Of a stretch of DNA of 17,899 bases, positions 17,394 through 17,899 are shown piece after piece (the first letter of the stretch is position 1; each line of letters starts with the position of its first letter). Made by a program: the position numbers and the translations under genes. The DNA is from Candidatus Bathyarchaeia archaeon (GTDB taxonomy: Archaea > Thermoproteota > Bathyarchaeia > Bathyarchaeales > Bathycorpusculaceae): contig JAVZNT010000017.1 in the NCBI GenBank assembly GCA_038882655.1, forward strand, positions 1-17,899, written 5' to 3'. The notes below the pieces were generated by a model that was given only the letters and a program-made list of their open reading frames with translations, did not search any database and was not told the DNA's origin.

Positions 17394-17419
17394 TTTAGCG
17401 GGCCCGGGATTTAAACCCA
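17394..17419 (-). repeat. Degenerate tRNA 3'-end fragment (att-like)
   Basis: Reverse complement TGGGTTTAAATCCCGGGCCCGCTAAA versus tRNA-Arg 9952-9980 TGGGTTCAAATCCCAGCGGGCCCGCTAAA: one mismatch plus a 3-nt deletion. Confidence 0.65.
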
Positions 17420-17598
17420 AAAGGGTACAAGTCCTAAATTCGCAGGCATGTGCATGAGTTCTGACGGTTGTAGAAGACAAAGAGATTTCAAAATTTACAT
17501 TTACAAAAGGGCCGTCTCTAAAAGGGAAGGCAAATGCAACCACAACAATAATAAACTAACCAGGCAGAATTTCAAACCAATAGAAAGGTTGTAGTTGC

Positions 17599-17868
17599 AT
17601 GAAATTTACAAAACATGCAAAGTCGAGGGTTGCTGAAAGGGGTATAACGGAAACGATGATTTTGGAGGCGATATTGCAACCTTCCCAAACCTATTATGAT
17701 CTAAGCACTGGAACAACAATAGTCTTTAAGAAACTGAATAAGAAGCATCTATTGGTGGCGTACTCTAAAGAAGACAGTGAGATCAAAGTTGTAACAACAT
17801 TTATAACATCAGATGCTCAAAGCATAATTGGTAGAAAACTGGGCAAAACATGGGTGAAAGTTAGGTGA
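17599..17868 (+). CDS. DUF4258-like protein (predicted RelE-fold toxin)
   Basis: FTKHA..R..ERGI N-terminus, basic 89 aa, C-terminal IKVVTTF; coupled to a DUF2283-like gene. Confidence 0.8.
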   Translation: MKFTKHAKSRVAERGITETMILEAILQPSQTYYDLSTGTTIVFKKLNKKHLLVAYSKEDSEIKVVTTFITSDAQSIIGRKLGKTWVKVR

Positions 17869-17899
17869 AAGTTGAATACGATAGAGAGTCGGATATACT
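17865..17899 (+). CDS. DUF2283-like protein (predicted antitoxin partner), N-terminal fragment running off the window
   Basis: GTG overlaps the upstream TGA (GTGA); translation MKVEYDRESDI matches the MKI.YD.E.D.LY start typical of DUF2283. Confidence 0.7.
   Translation, partial: MKVEYDRESDI

Noticed and set aside
17448-17594. Short ORF of about 48 codons (MCMSSDGCRRQRDF...) upstream of the DUF4258 gene
   Set aside because: No ribosome-binding site or recognisable motif, and no integrase-like sequence that I could identify.
1-17899. CRISPR arrays, rRNA, transposases, integrases, tRNA introns, in-frame Sec/Pyl recoding
   Set aside because: None seen on reading; both tRNAs are uninterrupted and I found no regularly spaced 25-40 bp repeats.

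Overview
Gene-dense archaeal chromosomal window. Class I LysRS, UPF0147/UPF0148, split aconitase X and GGTGA/GGAGG ribosome-binding sites point to the TACK group; Bathyarchaeia is my inference from gene content. It holds the 3' end of an alpha-glucan phosphorylase, tRNA-Glu(UUC), an HD-hydrolase/AcnX-small/AcnX-large operon (probable phosphomevalonate dehydratase), tmk, several conserved hypotheticals, a cupin/FAD-oxidoreductase/Zn-ribbon cluster, lysS, tRNA-Arg(GCG), a frameshifted PRC-barrel pseudogene, DUF998, an HDAC-family deacetylase, argS, deoC, a secreted low-complexity protein, a secreted HEXXH metalloprotease, and a DUF4258/DUF2283 toxin-antitoxin-like pair at the right edge. Most of this is housekeeping, and I cannot demonstrate a new biological system. 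The best unexplained signals are: an ACG codon at the expected start of the AcnX large subunit; a degenerate copy of a tRNA 3' end (att-like) just before the TA pair; a perfect 19-bp palindrome over the DUF998 promoter; and the unannotated PRC-barrel pseudogene. All family calls come from motif recognition, not database searches.
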